From Pseudomonadota bacterium (GTDB lineage Bacteria > Desulfobacterota > Desulfobulbia > Desulfobulbales > SURF-16): 64,000 bases of DNA. The notes under the pieces were generated by a model. The model had not been told where the DNA came from. It did no database searches and saw only the letters and a program-made list of their open reading frames with translations. The position numbers were made by a program, and so were the translations under genes. Of the stretch, positions 63,256 to 64,000 are shown piece by piece. Numbering within the stretch: position 1 is the stretch's first letter; each line of letters begins with the position of its first letter. Location of the stretch: the NCBI GenBank assembly GCA_018816555.1, contig JAHIVT010000059.1, forward strand, positions 7,309-71,308. Reading direction: 5' to 3'.

Positions 63256-63650
63256 CTATAGAACAGAAGACATCAATCCTCATCCTGGACGATGAGCCGA
63301 TTGTCAGCAAACGACTGAAACCATCACTTGATAAAAACGGCTATGAGGTCGAGACCTTTGTCCGCAGTGTTGACGCCTTGAGTCGCATCCGGGAAAGGGA
63401 TTTCGACATTATCATCACCGACCTGAAGATGGAAGGCGTCAACGGCATGGAATTTCTGACCGAGGCCAAGAGGCGTTCTCCCTCAACCGAGGTGATCGTC
63501 ATCACCGGTTTTGCCACCATGGAAACGGCCAAGCAATCCTTCAGCAAAGGAGTATTTGATTTCCTGGCCAAGCCTTTCAAGCTGGGGGAAATCCTTGAGG
63601 TGATCCGCAAGGCGGACATAAAGCGAAAAGAAAAGGTCGCAGCAGCATAA
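63252..63650 (+). CDS. Single-domain response regulator (receiver)
   Basis: ILILDDEP, IIITDLKMEGVNG, VIVITGF and FLAKPF are the receiver motifs. It overlaps the upstream gene by ATGA. Confidence 0.85.
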   Translation: MTIEQKTSILILDDEPIVSKRLKPSLDKNGYEVETFVRSVDALSRIRERDFDIIITDLKMEGVNGMEFLTEAKRRSPSTEVIVITGFATMETAKQSFSKGVFDFLAKPFKLGEILEVIRKADIKRKEKVAAA

Positions 63651-63771
63651 AACCGACGACTTTTCACCACTTCCGGAGGCGTTGCCGTAAGCAGTGCGAC
63701 AACTGCGCCGGTTACCCTCAAGCCCCGCTTATAAATTCGAATACACACTGTCAGGTGTGAGGTGAACAACC

Positions 63772-64000
63772 ATGATAAAAACCCTTCTCTCTCTGGATGA
63801 AAATTTAGCTTCAAGTATTGCCCTGCGCTATGCCTTCCACCAGGCCAATCTCATTCCGGCCATGAAACTGCAGGCGATCCATGTGGAAGAACCGGATAAC
63901 AATAAAAAGCATTCGGCCGGCTCCGGGTGGGTCAGGCGCACCTGGGAAAAAGGAATGGAAGCTGCCGGCGCCGATGAGGTCAACAGGCTGCTGAAAACGG
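63772..64000 (+). CDS. Hypothetical protein (possibly USP-like). Only the 5' part is present; the gene runs off the right edge.
   Basis: The ATG at 63772 opens a frame reading MIKTLLSLDENLASSIALRYAFHQANLIPAMKLQAIHVEEPD... that stays open to the window end. Confidence 0.4.
   Translation, partial: MIKTLLSLDENLASSIALRYAFHQANLIPAMKLQAIHVEEPDNNKKHSAGSGWVRRTWEKGMEAAGADEVNRLLKT

Overview
This 64 kb chromosomal window has the gene content of a Desulfobacterota-like (deltaproteobacterial) genome. That placement is a guess from gene content and repeat style; no database search was possible. All family calls come from motifs read by eye in the supplied translations, and no HMM or BLAST was run.

Layout, left to right:
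1. 1-11336 (minus strand): part of a type VI secretion locus, in transcription order [two unrecognised head genes]-tssJ-tssK-tssL-tssM-tagF-impE-tssA'.
2. 11.6-17 kb: a mixed accessory stretch with a small c-type cytochrome, SapC, an M4 metalloprotease carrying two P-domains, a Nudix-transmembrane fusion and a DUF3467 protein.
3. 17-29 kb: housekeeping genes, namely a sigma54 activator with a degenerate receiver, der, an amgK/murU-like pair, lpxI-lpxA-fabZ-lpxD, ihfA-like, eno and pilC.
4. 31934-38746 (minus strand): the most unusual feature. It is a tightly coupled four-gene cassette encoding a TIR-NB-ARC-TPR STAND NTPase, a metallophosphoesterase, a CHAT (caspase-like) protease and a small RyR-domain protein. 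In the lines I sampled it is GC-richer than its neighbours. A terminator hairpin closes one end and a palindrome/inverted-repeat-laden leader sits at the other. I read it as a candidate NLR-type conflict (anti-phage) system whose four-gene combination I do not recognise as a characterised named system.
5. 39-64 kb: BI-1/YccA, an AI-2E transporter, an MBL hydrolase, a 1381-aa SNF2 helicase, a histidine kinase with a sigma54 response regulator, several DUF proteins, a cfa gene remnant, and an EEP nuclease. These are followed by a radical-SAM/SPASM plus saccharopine-dehydrogenase-like pair, cupin, hemerythrin, TauE with TIGR02186, and a PEP-utilising protein with a receiver.

A roughly 105-bp hairpin-forming repeat family occurs twice (22.3 kb and 52.2 kb). 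I saw no rRNA, tRNA or CRISPR array.
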